Program-made: the position numbers and the translations under genes
DNA from: Candidatus Latescibacterota bacterium
GTDB taxonomy: Bacteria; Latescibacterota; UBA2968
Reading direction: 5' to 3'
Assembly: GCA_965222605.1 (NCBI GenBank)
Contig: OZ244960.1
Location: 2,016,001 to 2,080,000, forward strand
DNA: 64,000 nt
Notes under the pieces: generated by a model
What the model saw: the letters and a program-made list of their open reading frames with translations, nothing else
Databases searched by the model: none
What the model was told of the DNA's origin: nothing
In this document: piece by piece, positions 1-10,781 of the stretch
Numbering within the stretch: position 1 is the stretch's first letter
How the letters are laid out: every line of letters starts with the position of its first letter

Positions 1-401
1 CATTGGAGGGTTCGGCACGAGAACGGTACAATATTATCGCCGGGGCGGTTGGCGATACAGATCGGTCTGTTCCAGATCTGGAAAAGACCGGCGTGTATTT
101 GTTGGGTACTCTGGGGGCACTAATATTTGCCGTACTTCAGGCGAGGATCCCCTGGTGGCCCCTCCATCCCATGGGATTAATGGTGATGTATAGCTGGTAC
201 ATGCGCATTTATATTCTGGACATTTTCTTGGTATGGCTGGCCAAGCTGCTGGTGCTACAATTCGGAGGGATCTTGCTCTACCGGCGGGTGCGCCCGTGTT
301 GTTATGGGTTAATCGTGGGATTTGTATTTGCGATAGGAATTGCATTCCTCGTAGATGTAATCTGGTTTCCAGACCAGGGGCACGGGATTCACGGGTGGTA
401 A
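1..401 (+). CDS. C-terminal part of a DUF6785/DUF6784-type polytopic membrane protein (runs off window start)
   Basis: WWPLHPMG...WLAKLLVLQFGGILLYRR...GLIVG C-terminus is homologous to the end of the 52636-54606 protein (LPLHPVAL...ILKIGGVRLYRK...GLLIG). Confidence 0.8.
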   Translation, partial: LEGSARERYNIIAGAVGDTDRSVPDLEKTGVYLLGTLGALIFAVLQARIPWWPLHPMGLMVMYSWYMRIYILDIFLVWLAKLLVLQFGGILLYRRVRPCCYGLIVGFVFAIGIAFLVDVIWFPDQGHGIHGW

Positions 402-613
402 TACGAAACAAACAAAATCCGTTTGTTTATCAAGTATTTTTTGGGTATTATTTAAAGAGACCATATAGCCATAAGATAATTCTCAAGTAGAAGTCGATAA
501 CTGCAATATGGTTCTCAAATAAGAAAGCCATCCCATTCTGTTTTACGACATTAAACTCCTGTCTCTAAAGTTTTAGGTTTTCTACCCATCGCAGGCCAAT
601 AAGGAGATTTACT

Positions 614-844
614 GTGGGATTATTTGATCGCAAAAATCAGCACAAGCAAACAGATAACACAGCATCAGTTGATCATAAAAATCTGTACCGGCAACCACAA
701 ATCTCTCCCCTTGCTTCATACACACCCGCAGTTTCAGGATTTATAGGTGGCCTGGTACTTGGCAGTCCCTTTGGGCCAGTGGGAATTGCCATCGGAGGTG
801 CTGTCGGTGTTTTCTGTGGATACAAGGTTGGAAGCAGGGGATAG
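614..844 (+). CDS. Small glycine-zipper membrane protein
   Basis: AAGGAG RBS and GTG start; GGLVLGSPFGPVGIAIGGAVG GxxxG repeats. Confidence 0.65.
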   Translation: MGLFDRKNQHKQTDNTASVDHKNLYRQPQISPLASYTPAVSGFIGGLVLGSPFGPVGIAIGGAVGVFCGYKVGSRG

Positions 845-1147
845 ATGTCGCTTACCATACAAAAAATCGGCCTAATTCTCGGTGCATTACTTTCGATTAT
901 TTACACCTGTATCGTCTTTTATAAAAAAAAGAAACCTGACCTTCCACAAATCATTACGATCATTATGGCGAGCGTCGGGCTTATGACAGGGATATTTCTC
1001 GGATACACTGCTATCATTTACGATGATACAGCACTTGGAGAACTAAGTGAACACAGGCTACCCGTTTTTGTGGGTGGCATCGCTATTCTTTATATATCTG
1101 TGGATGGTATAGTCAGATGTTTCAGAAAAGCTACGGATAAACAGTAA
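845..1147 (+). CDS. Small three-TM membrane protein
   Basis: Starts directly after the upstream stop (TAG ATG); three hydrophobic segments. Confidence 0.7.
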   Translation: MSLTIQKIGLILGALLSIIYTCIVFYKKKKPDLPQIITIIMASVGLMTGIFLGYTAIIYDDTALGELSEHRLPVFVGGIAILYISVDGIVRCFRKATDKQ

Positions 1148-1204
1148 TATCGGAAATGGAAGTACAGGAAGACTTCAAAGCATTTATCTTAGGAGAGGAA
1201 AACC

Positions 1205-1437
1205 ATAGATACGATCTTGCTGATCCTTGCTATAGGCGTTCTGTTTGCGTATCAAGTAGTGGGATATATAAAATGGCGAAAAGGTCAAATGTCTTTCCGT
1301 CGTTTTATAGGTTCTCTTGGTGTTCTCATAGTGTACCCGCATTGTCCTTGCCTTCAAATTGGACCCTGGGGATACTCGTAGCAGCGGTAATCATATTTGG
1401 AATCGCCTCTTTCAGAGACAAGCGCACTCAGGGATAA
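1205..1437 (+). pseudogene. Degraded small membrane protein (ATA at start position, internal frameshift)
   Basis: AGGAGAGG RBS, then ATA-DTILLILAIGVLFAYQVVGYIKWRKGQMSFRRFIGSLGVLIVYP; the hydrophobic sequence continues in another frame (LPSNWTLGILVAAVIIFGIASF). Confidence 0.5.
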
Positions 1438-1524
1438 CCTGTGGTCGCCTGCAGGGTTTACAAAATTTGATGCACCAAATTTTTAAGGGGATCGATCATC
1501 CGGTCCCCTTTTTTAATATGCGCT

Positions 1525-2682
1525 TCAATGCAAGAGACGGAATCGAAGGTCTCGGAAAGCTGTTTTACATTCCCATACATTCAGCGCAATCGGTCCTGAT
1601 TGATAGCTAAAATCGGTCACCTGATTGACCAGCTTGCCATCAATATATGAAGTAAGAGACGCGCCCCGGGCGGCGATTTGCACATCGTATTCCTGTCCAT
1701 GTTCAATGGGATAGTTGACCACACTGAGCTTTGTTAGTCCCTCGGGAGTGACCTTGCTAATGGCGACAGCCTGCCAGCCCAATAAGAAATCCAGCAAATA
1801 CCAGCACCGTTCGTCTTCGGACATTCTAAAGAAAACCTGAGCATTGCCGCCTGAAATGGGTGTGATGAGAAGCGACAGCTCATAACTTCCCCAGGAAGAA
1901 TCACCTATGATAAGCGGAGAATCGTTGTCACTTGAAGGGTCTGCTTCACCCACGATGCCATCGTCCGTGCGCGTCCAAACCTGATGCAAAGACGCTTCGG
2001 TATGTCCCTTTGCCGGTCGCCAATCTGCCAATCCATCTCCCTCAATCAATTTCTGCCAGTGGATAACCCCTCTCATTCCACTAATGACCCTGCGTCCGTA
2101 ATCTTCCTGGTTTTCACCATCGACAAATGTTCTATTTTCCATGACTAAAAGCCTCCTTTTGAGTTGTTTCCGCGATCTGTGTAACCGACTCTTGACAGTA
2201 CCCACCGGAATACCGAGGATACTGGCAATCTGATTCTGCTGTAATCCAACCAGATAAAAAAGCGTAGTAACCGTCCGATCCGCTGGAGAAAGCAATTTGA
2301 AAGCCCGCTTCAGAGCAGATGCGTACTGTGGCGCCACCGCTTTCTCAGGATGCACAAACTCAAGCTGTTGGTACTCCTGCACCCTTGATAATCCCCGTGC
2401 CTCAAGCGTTCGCTTTCTCACCCATTTGAGAGCCACGTTGCGCGCAATGGTATAAAGCCAGGATGAGAATTTGCCAACATCATCGAGTTGGTTGAGATTC
2501 CGATAGGCGAGAATAAATGTTTCTTGAGTCGCGTCTTCGGTATCATCAGCATCTTGCAGCACAGCCCATATAACGCCAAATACCAGAGATCGGTGCTGGT
2601 TAATCAGGTCGGCAAATGCGCTCTCATCGCCACTACAGGCTTTATCGACCAGGATCTTATCGCCTGATAATAAATCATTCAT
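1525..2682 (-). CDS. ECF sigma factor with C-terminal DUF1080-like (3-keto-disaccharide hydrolase-like) domain
   Basis: Region 2 (DTEDATQETF, FSSWLYTIARN) and region 4 (IASILGIPVGTVKSRLHRSR); the C-terminal beta-domain ends GPIALNVWECKTAFRDLRF. Confidence 0.85.
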   Translation of the reverse strand: MNDLLSGDKILVDKACSGDESAFADLINQHRSLVFGVIWAVLQDADDTEDATQETFILAYRNLNQLDDVGKFSSWLYTIARNVALKWVRKRTLEARGLSRVQEYQQLEFVHPEKAVAPQYASALKRAFKLLSPADRTVTTLFYLVGLQQNQIASILGIPVGTVKSRLHRSRKQLKRRLLVMENRTFVDGENQEDYGRRVISGMRGVIHWQKLIEGDGLADWRPAKGHTEASLHQVWTRTDDGIVGEADPSSDNDSPLIIGDSSWGSYELSLLITPISGGNAQVFFRMSEDERCWYLLDFLLGWQAVAISKVTPEGLTKLSVVNYPIEHGQEYDVQIAARGASLTSYIDGKLVNQVTDFSYQSGPIALNVWECKTAFRDLRFRLLH

Positions 2683-2812
2683 CAGAGTACTCCGATTCGC
2701 GCGTTCATAACAATAGATTCAGTTTTTGGCATAAGGTTCACGAATTTTTCACAACTCAAGTGCGAAAGAAGCCCCATAAATCAAAAGCATCTCAAGCATT
2801 TCTCTACGATCA

Positions 2813-2933
2813 AGTGTTCATTTTCGGACACCACTGTATCAAAATCGGACACTTTTTAAGACGCTAAAATCAGGTGATTTTTCGTAACCTATTGTTATAT
2901 CAGTATTTGACTTTTTCGGCACAGTTTTTGCTT
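2813..2933 (+). promoter_or_regulatory. Sigma-54 promoter module copy 1 (paired UAS, IHF-like site, -24/-12)
   Basis: TGT-N10-ACA and TGT-N11-ACA boxes; GG-N10-GC (CGGCACAGTTTTTGC, GG at 2918); repeated at 36387 and 41058. Confidence 0.85.
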
Positions 2934-2955
2934 AATAATTGTATAATCCTCAGCT

Positions 2956-5427
2956 ATGCTCAGTAATGGTAAAACACAGTGGAGGCCCAATATGATCTGG
3001 AATTATCTCACCGTTGGATTCAGAAATCTGCGCCGGCACGCCTTCTATTCACTCCTGAATATCCTCGGATTGGCTGTGGGTATTGCGTGCATGTTATTGG
3101 CGGTATTGTATGTGGGTTATCAGTTTCGTTTTGACCAGCACCACGAAAAGAGCGACCGCATTTACAGAGTCATCCGAAAACTCCAGGATGTCAGCGGCGA
3201 ACGCTACGACCTGGGAACAAAGCCCGTCGCCCCTCATTTGCGCGACAAATTTCCCGAAGTTGAGGCAGTGACCCGGATGCTCGTAAGAGATATGTGGGCA
3301 TCTAACGAAGATCGCGGTTTCAATACGCGCGTTTGCATAACCGATGCGGAGATGTTCGACATTTTTACCCTACCAATGGTGGTCGGCGATCCCAAAACCG
3401 GACTAAACGATCCCCATACCGCGTTTCTCTCCCAGACATTGGCCCACAAATTGTTCGGCGATGAAGACCCGATAGGCAAGACCGTCAATATTCACTACAA
3501 ATGGTTTAAGGGCGATTTTACGGTTACCGGTATCCTGAAGGATCAACCAAAGACATCAAATGACAAGCTACAATTCGATTTTCTCACCACCACATATCCA
3601 CAACCATCGGATAAATATCCAGAAAACCGATGGCGAATACAGGTGTGGGAAGAGTGGCCCTCGACCTGGTTCATCGGACCGTTGCGGACCTATGTATTAT
3701 TACGCCAGGGAGCCGATGTTACTGAACTGCAAAAAAAACTACACGCTTTTGCTGCCGATCACCAGCTTGCCGGTCCTGAACGCTATGATTTCTATTTACA
3801 ACCGCTCGACCGCATCCATTTGTACTCGATGCAAGATTACGGCACCGCGGAGCTCAAAGCCGGGGACATCACGCGCTGCTATATGCTGCTATTCATCGGG
3901 CTGCTGGTGCTGTTGATCGCCTGCATCAATTACATCAATTTGATAACGGCGCGGTCAGCCAACCGGCTGCGCGAAGTTGGCCTGCGCAAGGTCGTGGGTG
4001 CAACGCGGTTGCAATTGATGGGTCAATTTTTGGGCGAGTCCCTGCTCATCGTCTTATTGGCAGGTGTGTTGGCAGTCTTGTTTGCCATCGATGCCCTGCC
4101 CTTTTTTAATAAATTCATGGGTATCGATCTGCATTTGACCGACGCAGGTTCGGCATTCGTCCTGGCACTGTCGCTGTGTGTATTATTGGGCACGGGCCTG
4201 CTCGCCGGAAGCTACCCGGCATTTGTCTTATCGGCATTTGAGCCGGTTCGCGCGTTAAAAGGCACGCTGCAATCTCGGCGCATGGGTTTGAATCAAGTGA
4301 TGGTTGTCCTGCAGTTCGGTGTGGCTGTGGTCTTGATCATCACGACACTGGTGGTGTACAGTCAGCTTGCGTTCGTGCGTAGCAAAGAACTGGGATTTGA
4401 AAAGGAACACACCGTCATTCTGCCGTTCTTTTTGAAAGACCGCGGACTGCGGCCACAGGCGAAAACAATCCTCAATGAATTGCGCGCACAGCCGGGTGTG
4501 TTAAAAGCATCAGCATTTCACCTGACGCCTGGGCAAATCGGTCCAGATAGACGCATTCTGCGCGCCGAAGGGCATGGCGATGAGACATTCAAGTTCTACT
4601 GGAACGGCATTGACGACAGTTATCTCGATCTGTTTGGATTGTCCATTGCATCGGGCAGGAACCTGATTGGTATGCCTGCCTTTCGCCAAATCGACGAGAA
4701 CAAATGGGAAGTTTCCGCGCTGATCAATGAGACAGCCGCGCAGGAACTCGGATGGGACGATCCTGTGGGCAAGTCTTTTTTTTCTACTAATGGCCGGGTT
4801 CAAAGCCGGGTAATCGGCGTGGTCAAGGATTATCACAACCAGTCGCTGCACTATGGCATTGCACCCATGATCTTGCAAAACTCCACCAGTGTGAACCGGA
4901 TTGCCGTACACCTGGCACCCGGGGACCTGAGGGCGCAACTCGCCACGCTGGAAAGCGTGTGGAAGCAGTTTTTGCCAACCCGACCTTTTGAGTATCAATT
5001 CTTCGACGAAGTACTCGATGCGTATTACCGATCGGAGATAACACTGCAAAAGGTATGCGGGATTTTTGCCGCGCTGTCAATTTTTATCAGTTGTTTGGGG
5101 ATGCTCGGATTGATCGCGTTTTCCGTACAACAACGCACCAAAGAGATCGGCATTCGCAAGGTACTCGGTGCTTCGGAGGGGAATATCATTCTGTTGCTAA
5201 CCCGCAATTTTCTGTGGCTAACTATCATAGCCAATGTGATCGGATGGCCGGTAGCGTATTTTCTGATGTCCTCCTGGCTCAATGATTTCGCCTACCGCAT
5301 CGAACTGGGACCACTTATGTTCATTGCCACGGGACTATTGACACTGGGAATTGTGCTCGTGACCGTGGGCGGACAAGCCTGGCGTGCGGCCTGCGCCAAT
5401 CCAGTTGACGCGCTGCGGGATGAGTGA
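2956..5427 (+). CDS. ABC permease, duplicated MacB_PCD/FtsX (#1; start may be 2992)
   Basis: NYL..FRNL, IACINYINL, REVGLRKVVGA, RTKEIGIRKVLGA, ANPVDALRDE. Confidence 0.93.
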   Translation: MLSNGKTQWRPNMIWNYLTVGFRNLRRHAFYSLLNILGLAVGIACMLLAVLYVGYQFRFDQHHEKSDRIYRVIRKLQDVSGERYDLGTKPVAPHLRDKFPEVEAVTRMLVRDMWASNEDRGFNTRVCITDAEMFDIFTLPMVVGDPKTGLNDPHTAFLSQTLAHKLFGDEDPIGKTVNIHYKWFKGDFTVTGILKDQPKTSNDKLQFDFLTTTYPQPSDKYPENRWRIQVWEEWPSTWFIGPLRTYVLLRQGADVTELQKKLHAFAADHQLAGPERYDFYLQPLDRIHLYSMQDYGTAELKAGDITRCYMLLFIGLLVLLIACINYINLITARSANRLREVGLRKVVGATRLQLMGQFLGESLLIVLLAGVLAVLFAIDALPFFNKFMGIDLHLTDAGSAFVLALSLCVLLGTGLLAGSYPAFVLSAFEPVRALKGTLQSRRMGLNQVMVVLQFGVAVVLIITTLVVYSQLAFVRSKELGFEKEHTVILPFFLKDRGLRPQAKTILNELRAQPGVLKASAFHLTPGQIGPDRRILRAEGHGDETFKFYWNGIDDSYLDLFGLSIASGRNLIGMPAFRQIDENKWEVSALINETAAQELGWDDPVGKSFFSTNGRVQSRVIGVVKDYHNQSLHYGIAPMILQNSTSVNRIAVHLAPGDLRAQLATLESVWKQFLPTRPFEYQFFDEVLDAYYRSEITLQKVCGIFAALSIFISCLGMLGLIAFSVQQRTKEIGIRKVLGASEGNIILLLTRNFLWLTIIANVIGWPVAYFLMSSWLNDFAYRIELGPLMFIATGLLTLGIVLVTVGGQAWRAACANPVDALRDE

Positions 5428-5456
5428 ACGGAGAGGCAAAGATTTTGAGGGCATTT
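5395..5456 (+). repeat. 62-bp permease 3' end plus trailer, repeated at 13161-13222
   Basis: GCCAATCCAGTTGACGCGCTGCG..ATGAGTGAA.GGAGA.GCAAAGATTT.GAGGGCATTT in both places. Confidence 0.9.
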
Positions 5457-5498
5457 TTTTTCATCCACCTGCTCGACTGAAAAAAAGGAGAAGATAAA

Positions 5499-7365
5499 AT
5501 GTATAAAACAATTAAAGTATTTGTTTTTCTGCTCGCCTTTGCACCATTGAATACCGCATTTTCTACTGAGTCCGCGGAAACGGTTTTTAATCAAGGGATT
5601 GATTACCTCTACGAAGGCGAATGGGAAAAAGCCGGCAAGTCATTCAAAAAAGCTATCGAATTAGATCCAAATTTTCAAAAAGCCCATGAATATTACCAGA
5701 ATGTCGAGTTCTTTTTCTTTGAGAGAAAGGAAGAAATACGCACCGAATACAGAGAACGGATCAAAAAAGACCCCCACAATGCTGTTCTATATGTTCTCTT
5801 AGCTCTGTTCTATATGTTCTCTTAGCTCGTATTCTTGATCGGAATTCTGACGAAAGAATTGAATTACTGGAGCAAGCAATAGGTATAGATTCAACCTTTA
5901 CGTCCGCTTATACTCAGTTGCTTTCGGCATACCGTCCGAATTATGAAAAAGCTCAAGATATCCTTTCAAAAGGATTAAAAATCCAGCCCCATTCAATCGA
6001 ATTGATTATGGCACAAGCAGGGTTGTTTGCATCCATGGGAGAACCTGAGCGCGCACAAGACCTGTATCGTAAAATCATCACGTCATATCCAGATTCAATT
6101 GATGCCTGCAGGGCTTATCGCGAACTTGCGTCTTCAGAAGAAAACGACGAAAAAAGAATAGAATTGCTGGAAAAGACGATGACTTTAATGGAACAAACGG
6201 ATTTCGTCTTTACTGATATATATTTGGATTTGTATCAAGCTTATGAAAAAACAAATCCTCAAAAGGCTGTAGATCTGGCCGAAAAAATAACCCAAATCCG
6301 TCCTCCTTTTTTCGATCGCCGGTCACCATTATTCGCATACCAATTTCTCTATGACCACTGGATCAAATCGGATACAACCAAAGCAACAGATGTAGCTGTT
6401 CAGGCTTTGAATTCCAATTCAAGAAACTTCAACATCTATTCATATCTGGGCTTTCAACTTATACAAATAGAAAGAGAGATTCCATTAGCGATCCAATTGC
6501 TTAACAAGGCTAAAAAATTCAATAATCCAGGCCAGTTGTGGGGACGTACTCACGGAAGTGATTACCCGCGCAGCCAAAGCGAATATTCAAAGACCTCTGA
6601 AGAATTGTATGCGTATTATGAAAGTTTGCTTGGACGTGCCAAATTTGTCAAAAAAGATTACACTGAAGCGATTCAGCATTTGTCGTCAGCAATTGGTAAA
6701 ATGGGCGATTCCGCTTTAGATGCTGAAGGCTATTTCTGGATGGGCAGAGCATACGAAAAGATAGAAAAGTGGGATGATGCACTGGTCGCATACGCAAATA
6801 GTTTGGCAGAAAGAGAAGATAAGAATGTGCGTAAGTTTGCCGAGCGTTTGGGAAGCCGAATTACTGGGCTTAAGACATCTGTTCCTGAAAAAAAGTCGTC
6901 ACTATTGATGAACTAATCTCGGAAGCACAGATCAAAAAAAGTATGCCTGCGCCAGATTTCCAGGCGGAGACCCTTAAGGGGAAAAAAGTCTCTTTGTCAG
7001 ACTATCAAGGCAAAGTTCTAATACTTGACTTTTGGGCTACATGGTGTGGACCCTGTTTAGCAGAATTGCCATATTTTCAAGAGTTAGTGAACCTTTACAA
7101 GGACGAACCATCTGTTGCTTTTCTCACAATTAGTCAGGATCGATCCAAAGATGTCGTCCGAAAATTCATGAAAAAAAAGGGTTACACATTTCCCGTTATT
7201 TTTGATACGGGTATGGGCCAACTTTTCGAAATTGAAGGCATTCCCGTCTTAATAGTTATTGACACAGAAGGAAAAATACGATACAGGCATTTTGGATTTG
7301 ATCCCAACAATGTTGACTTCATCCAACTGATGAAGAAAGAGATACAGATCGTCCTGATGAAATAA
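5499..7365 (+). pseudogene. Secreted TPR + TlpA-like thioredoxin protein split by two frameshifts
   Basis: Signal peptide and TPR repeats; a 23-bp tandem duplication (5782-5827) and an A7 run (6888-6894) break the frame; C-terminal DFWATWCGPC domain at 6943-7365. Confidence 0.8.
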
Positions 7366-7378
7366 CCCGGTCGCTTAT

Positions 7379-7443
7379 TGATGCAATACAGAAGCCTTGA
7401 GACGGGGCCTTCTTTCTCCTCACATTATGGCAGTAGTCAAGAA
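7379..7443 (+). repeat. Remnant of the 3' end of the 17629-18462 methyltransferase gene
   Basis: TGATGCAATACAGA...CTTGAGACGG.GCCTTCT...TCTCC.CACATTATGGCA matches 18381-18456 with a small deletion. Confidence 0.85.
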
Positions 7444-7466
7444 TTCCCTTGCAGGAAGAAGACCCA

Positions 7467-8273
7467 ATGGAACATCCATCAAGACACCAGACCACTTTGG
7501 GAGACGATGCGACGTATGGACTTGGCGAAATCACGCTTCAACATCCACCCGAAACGTCTCCTATTACCCCAGCCACTCGTATCTCAATCGAGGCCATCGG
7601 CGTACACAAACACCTGTTTCAAGGCATTGGCATCGATTGGGGATGCGGCGGCGGATGTCTCTCCATCGCTGCCAGTCGGATTCAGGACGTGAACCGCGTG
7701 GTTGGATTTGACATTTCAAAAGACAATATGGCGACAGCCAGCGAGAACGCGCGGTTGAACAAAGTCGAAGCAAAAACCAAATTCATGCGCTCTAACGCCT
7801 TCGAGCCGTTTTCCGATACGGACCGACGTGAATTGGAAAGCCTGAAAGGAAAAGTGAATTTTATATTGGCCAACCCACCGTCCAGTGAGAACGATGACGG
7901 ATTCGAGTTCAGGAGAATCGTTCTGCGCGATGTCAGAGAATTCCTGGTAAGCGGAGGTTGTGTATTCCTCAGTATCTCCTATCAGTACGGCATGCCACGG
8001 ATTACCAATTTGGAGAAAGACGTTCCAGGATTCCATCACGAAGGCGTTCTGGCGACCACGGATTGTGTTCCATTTGATCTTGAGCGATCAGACCTGATGC
8101 ACTGTTTGGAATCATACGCGCTTGAAGAAGACAGAGGTGGACTCGAATACACCTTTTGCAACCCATTGCAACCATCTGAAAGCCTGGACGCACGGGCCTC
8201 TTTGAAGCTATTCAATCAAACGCAGCAAAGCCCCTTATCGAGATGGCAAACCCATCTATTCAGGTATTCCTGA
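7467..8273 (+). CDS. Class I SAM-dependent methyltransferase (PrmC/MTS-like)
   Basis: IDWGCGGG motif I, GFDIS motif II, ILANPP motif IV. Confidence 0.85.
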   Translation: MEHPSRHQTTLGDDATYGLGEITLQHPPETSPITPATRISIEAIGVHKHLFQGIGIDWGCGGGCLSIAASRIQDVNRVVGFDISKDNMATASENARLNKVEAKTKFMRSNAFEPFSDTDRRELESLKGKVNFILANPPSSENDDGFEFRRIVLRDVREFLVSGGCVFLSISYQYGMPRITNLEKDVPGFHHEGVLATTDCVPFDLERSDLMHCLESYALEEDRGGLEYTFCNPLQPSESLDARASLKLFNQTQQSPLSRWQTHLFRYS

Positions 8274-8315
8274 TCAACCTTTTGTAGAATTGAGTTCTCC
8301 AAAGGAGATATTAAG

Positions 8316-10751
8316 ATGTTTCGCAATTATATCCTCATAGCAGTTCGAAACTTGCTCAAGTATAAATTTTATTCCGCTATAAACATCATTGGACTCGGAA
8401 TAGGTATCGCCTCTGTAATCTTGATCATGCTATTTATTCAGGATCAAGATAGCTATGATAGCCAGCATGTGAATCGGGATCGAATTTATCGTGTGATTCG
8501 AGCATATAAGTCTGAAAATGGGGAAAAAGTATATGATTGGAGATTGTCTGGCGCGACAGGCCCTGCACTGGTTCAAGATCTTCCCGAAGTTGAGGCAGCC
8601 GTTCGCACTATGATACGTCGTGAATGGATTCAACACGAGGATAAGATTTTTAATCAAGCCTTTTGCCTCGCCGATCCCAATTTTCTGGATATTTTCACGT
8701 TTCCTCTTATTCGCGGAGATAAAACAGCGTTATTACAACCCAACTCGGTTTTGATAACCGAATCAGCCGCAAAAAAGTTTTTTGGCGAAAAAGACCCAAT
8801 TGGAAAAGTGATCAATGTAGGGGAAGGTTACGTCGAGGGTGATTATACGATTGCCGGTATCATGCGCGATGTCTTAACGCATAGCACATTGCAATTTGAT
8901 TTTCTTTCCTATTCTGTTCACCCAGAATTTACCACCTGGCATGAATGGCGGCCCAGAGCCAGATGGCGTGCGTTTTCCATTTTTGTACTATTGAAAAAGG
9001 ACATTTCTCCAGCCTCTCTCGAATCTAAATTTTCCGCATTCATTGAACGTCATATGGGACGGGAGATTGCCGTAACCATGGAGTATTTCTTACAACCTTT
9101 AGAGGAAGTTTATCTTTATTCCAAACGGGATTACGATCTCAGGCATACGTATGCATCAGAGGGTAAGATACCCCAGGGTAACATCACACAAATTAACACA
9201 GTATTTTTTGCAGCAATTTTTATTTTGCTTATTGCTTGTATCAACTTCACAAATTTGGCAACTGCACGGTCCGCAAACAGGGCCAGGGAAGTTGGCCTTC
9301 GGAAAGTCGTTGGTGCCAGTCGAAAAAATTTGATATGTCAGTTCATAGGAGAATCATCCTTACTGGCAGTTATAAGTTTAATTATTGGCATTAGCATCGT
9401 AGAACTCGCACTTCCAATATTTAATACCTATGCGGGAATCCATCTCTCCCTGGATTTCAACAGTGGTTTAATACTGGAGTTTCTGGGATTGGCTCTATTG
9501 GTAAGCCTTATAGGAGGATTTTATCCGGCGTTTTATTTATCACACTTTCGACCTATAGAAACACTGAGGGGAAGGCTTAATACAGGATCCCGAGGTAAGG
9601 TGCTACGGCAAGCCCTCATCATATTTCAATTTGGGATCTCAATCGTCTTGATTGTTGTGACATTTATTGTGCTCGGACAGGTACACTATATTCAAAATAA
9701 GAACCTTGGTTTCGTCAAAGACCAGGTAATCGCAATGCCGATCTTCTGGGAACATCGCAAATCACCAGACGGCATGAACGATTCCCTGAATAAAAGGTAT
9801 AATATTGTAAAACAAGCATTTTTGCAACATCCGAACATTACCAAAGCCACCATATCGCGTTTTAAGCACGGCATAGATGCGCCTCTTAATTCCTTCAGTG
9901 CTTATCAAGGTGAACAAAACGAGAGGTGGATGCAAATAAACGAGGTTGACGAAGACTTTATTCCGTTTTTTGACATTGAACTAATTGCGGGCCGAAATTT
10001 TTCAAAAAATGCTGTAAGTAACTTTTTTTCAGGAGAACAGGAATATATCCTCAATGAGGCAGCTATTAAGGCACTGGGATGGACAGCACCGATAGGCAAA
10101 AGATTCGGATTTAAAGAGCAGAAATCAGGTGTCGTTGTAGGTGTCGTAAAAAACTATCACACGCAATCTTTGTATGAACCTATTGAACCTATGGTATTAT
10201 GTCCCAGTGATTATGTTGCTAAAATACTCTATCTCAGAGTCTCACCTGAATACTTCGACGAAACAGTAGCATTTATGAAGCAGACTTGGGAACAGTTTTT
10301 ACCTTCGCGTCCCTTCAGTTATACTTTCCTGGATGATGATTTAATGCTGCAATATGAAAATGAACGCCAATTGAGCAAAGCTATTGGTGTGTTCTCTATG
10401 CTGTCCATCTTTATAGCTTGTTTGGGGCTTTTGGGCCTTGTTTCATTTTTGGCCGAACAGAGGAGAAAGGAAGTAGGGATTCGGAAAGTACTGGGTGCGT
10501 CAGAAACCAATATCATCATGTTAATGCTTACAGAGTCTTTTAAGCTTTTTCTAATTGCCTACCTATTGGCAGGACCCATCTCTTATATGGCTATCATGAG
10601 CTGGCTACAAGGATTCGCATATCGCATTGACATGACAATATTTCCTTTCTTAGTAGGCGGAATATGTGCGTTTACGATATCTATATTTTCTGTGATACCT
10701 CAGGTATTGAAAGCTGCTCATATTAATCCTGTGGAGGCATTAAAACATTAA
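8316..10751 (+). CDS. ABC permease, duplicated MacB_PCD/FtsX (#2)
   Basis: AAGGAG RBS; MFRNY, IACINFTNL, RAREVGLRKVVGA, NPVEALKH. Confidence 0.93.
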   Translation: MFRNYILIAVRNLLKYKFYSAINIIGLGIGIASVILIMLFIQDQDSYDSQHVNRDRIYRVIRAYKSENGEKVYDWRLSGATGPALVQDLPEVEAAVRTMIRREWIQHEDKIFNQAFCLADPNFLDIFTFPLIRGDKTALLQPNSVLITESAAKKFFGEKDPIGKVINVGEGYVEGDYTIAGIMRDVLTHSTLQFDFLSYSVHPEFTTWHEWRPRARWRAFSIFVLLKKDISPASLESKFSAFIERHMGREIAVTMEYFLQPLEEVYLYSKRDYDLRHTYASEGKIPQGNITQINTVFFAAIFILLIACINFTNLATARSANRAREVGLRKVVGASRKNLICQFIGESSLLAVISLIIGISIVELALPIFNTYAGIHLSLDFNSGLILEFLGLALLVSLIGGFYPAFYLSHFRPIETLRGRLNTGSRGKVLRQALIIFQFGISIVLIVVTFIVLGQVHYIQNKNLGFVKDQVIAMPIFWEHRKSPDGMNDSLNKRYNIVKQAFLQHPNITKATISRFKHGIDAPLNSFSAYQGEQNERWMQINEVDEDFIPFFDIELIAGRNFSKNAVSNFFSGEQEYILNEAAIKALGWTAPIGKRFGFKEQKSGVVVGVVKNYHTQSLYEPIEPMVLCPSDYVAKILYLRVSPEYFDETVAFMKQTWEQFLPSRPFSYTFLDDDLMLQYENERQLSKAIGVFSMLSIFIACLGLLGLVSFLAEQRRKEVGIRKVLGASETNIIMLMLTESFKLFLIAYLLAGPISYMAIMSWLQGFAYRIDMTIFPFLVGGICAFTISIFSVIPQVLKAAHINPVEALKH

Positions 10752-10781
10752 ATAACCAACGCTTCAAGATGGGAGGTCAAA

